Part shown: one piece after another, positions 63,475 through 64,000 of the stretch
How the letters are laid out: each line of letters starts with the position of its first letter
How positions within the stretch are numbered: position 1 is the stretch's first letter
NCBI RefSeq assembly: GCF_018977255.1
Contig: NW_024704742.1
Span: forward strand, 128,342,001-128,406,000
Direction: 5' to 3'
Length of the DNA stretch: 64,000 nucleotides
From: Callorhinchus milii
Taxonomy: Eukaryota
Position numbers and translations under genes: made by a program
Notes under the pieces: generated by a model
Told to the model about the DNA's origin: nothing
Databases searched by the model: none
What the model saw: the letters and a program-made list of their open reading frames with translations, nothing else

Positions 63475-63802
63475 ATAATAATATAATAATAATCCTTGCA
63501 TTTGATATAGCGCCTTTCACGTCTTCTTGATGTCTCAAAACACTTCACAGAATAGACTGTAAAGTGAATTGACCGTTTATTTGTGGGCGAAACGCGGCAG
63601 CCAATTGCGTACAGCAGTGTCCCACAAACAGTCATAGATTGAAAATGACCAATTTATTATTGTTTATTGTTTTGGAGGGATTATTATTAGGCGTGTGGAG
63701 TAAGGAAAGTTGCCCAAGGTTTCGCCCTGCCTGGAATTGAACCCAGGTGTCTCGCAAGCTTGCAAGGTGAGTGCTCTAACCATTGAGCTACAGGACTCCA
63801 CA
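63475..63802 (-). mobile_element. SINE, full length, lacking the long internal block
   Basis: Head and tail present. Confidence 0.9.
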
Positions 63803-64000
63803 ATTTTCTATTTTCTCAAAACAAACATGCTCCAACAATGTATTTGGTCTCATTCCCTCCTCTCCCGATCTTTTGCTTTACTCCAAATATTTTAGAAGCA
63901 GAAACCATTACAGGGACTGGTTCAATTCTAAGGTTTTGCAAATTAATTATTTTTAATAATAATAATGCTAATAATAATCCTTGCATTTGATATATGATGC

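Noticed and set aside
31500..64000. Exons of RIT2, the neighbour expected from mammalian synteny
   Set aside because: No Ras-family motif (for example GxGGVGKS) was found by eye or in the ORF track; short exons could have been missed.

Overview
Eukaryotic vertebrate DNA. The repeat landscape (tRNA-derived Deu-domain SINEs, L2 and CR1 LINEs, Penelope-like fragments) points to a cartilaginous fish, most plausibly a holocephalan/chimaera; this is inference. Two protein-coding genes are supported. The first is a four-exon synaptotagmin-4 gene (+, 23907-28049, 434 or 436 aa) with an RE1/NRSE-like site in its 5' leader, a 31-bp quasi-palindromic minisatellite just upstream and a roughly 3.4-kb 3'UTR lacking recognisable transposons. 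The second is a divergently oriented single-exon gene (-, 3074-4087, 337 aa) that has both N-terminal C2CD4/NLF family motifs but no C2 domain. The rest is intergenic DNA dense in retroelements, with several nested insertions, two L2 families, two SINE subfamilies (one sharing its 3' stem-loop with an L2 family), two tandem minimal hammerhead-ribozyme motifs in Penelope-like fragments, and two locally templated insertions. Almost all other listed ORFs are repeat-derived or chance ORFs. Repeat boundaries were read by eye and are approximate; family comparisons are from memory, and no searches were run.
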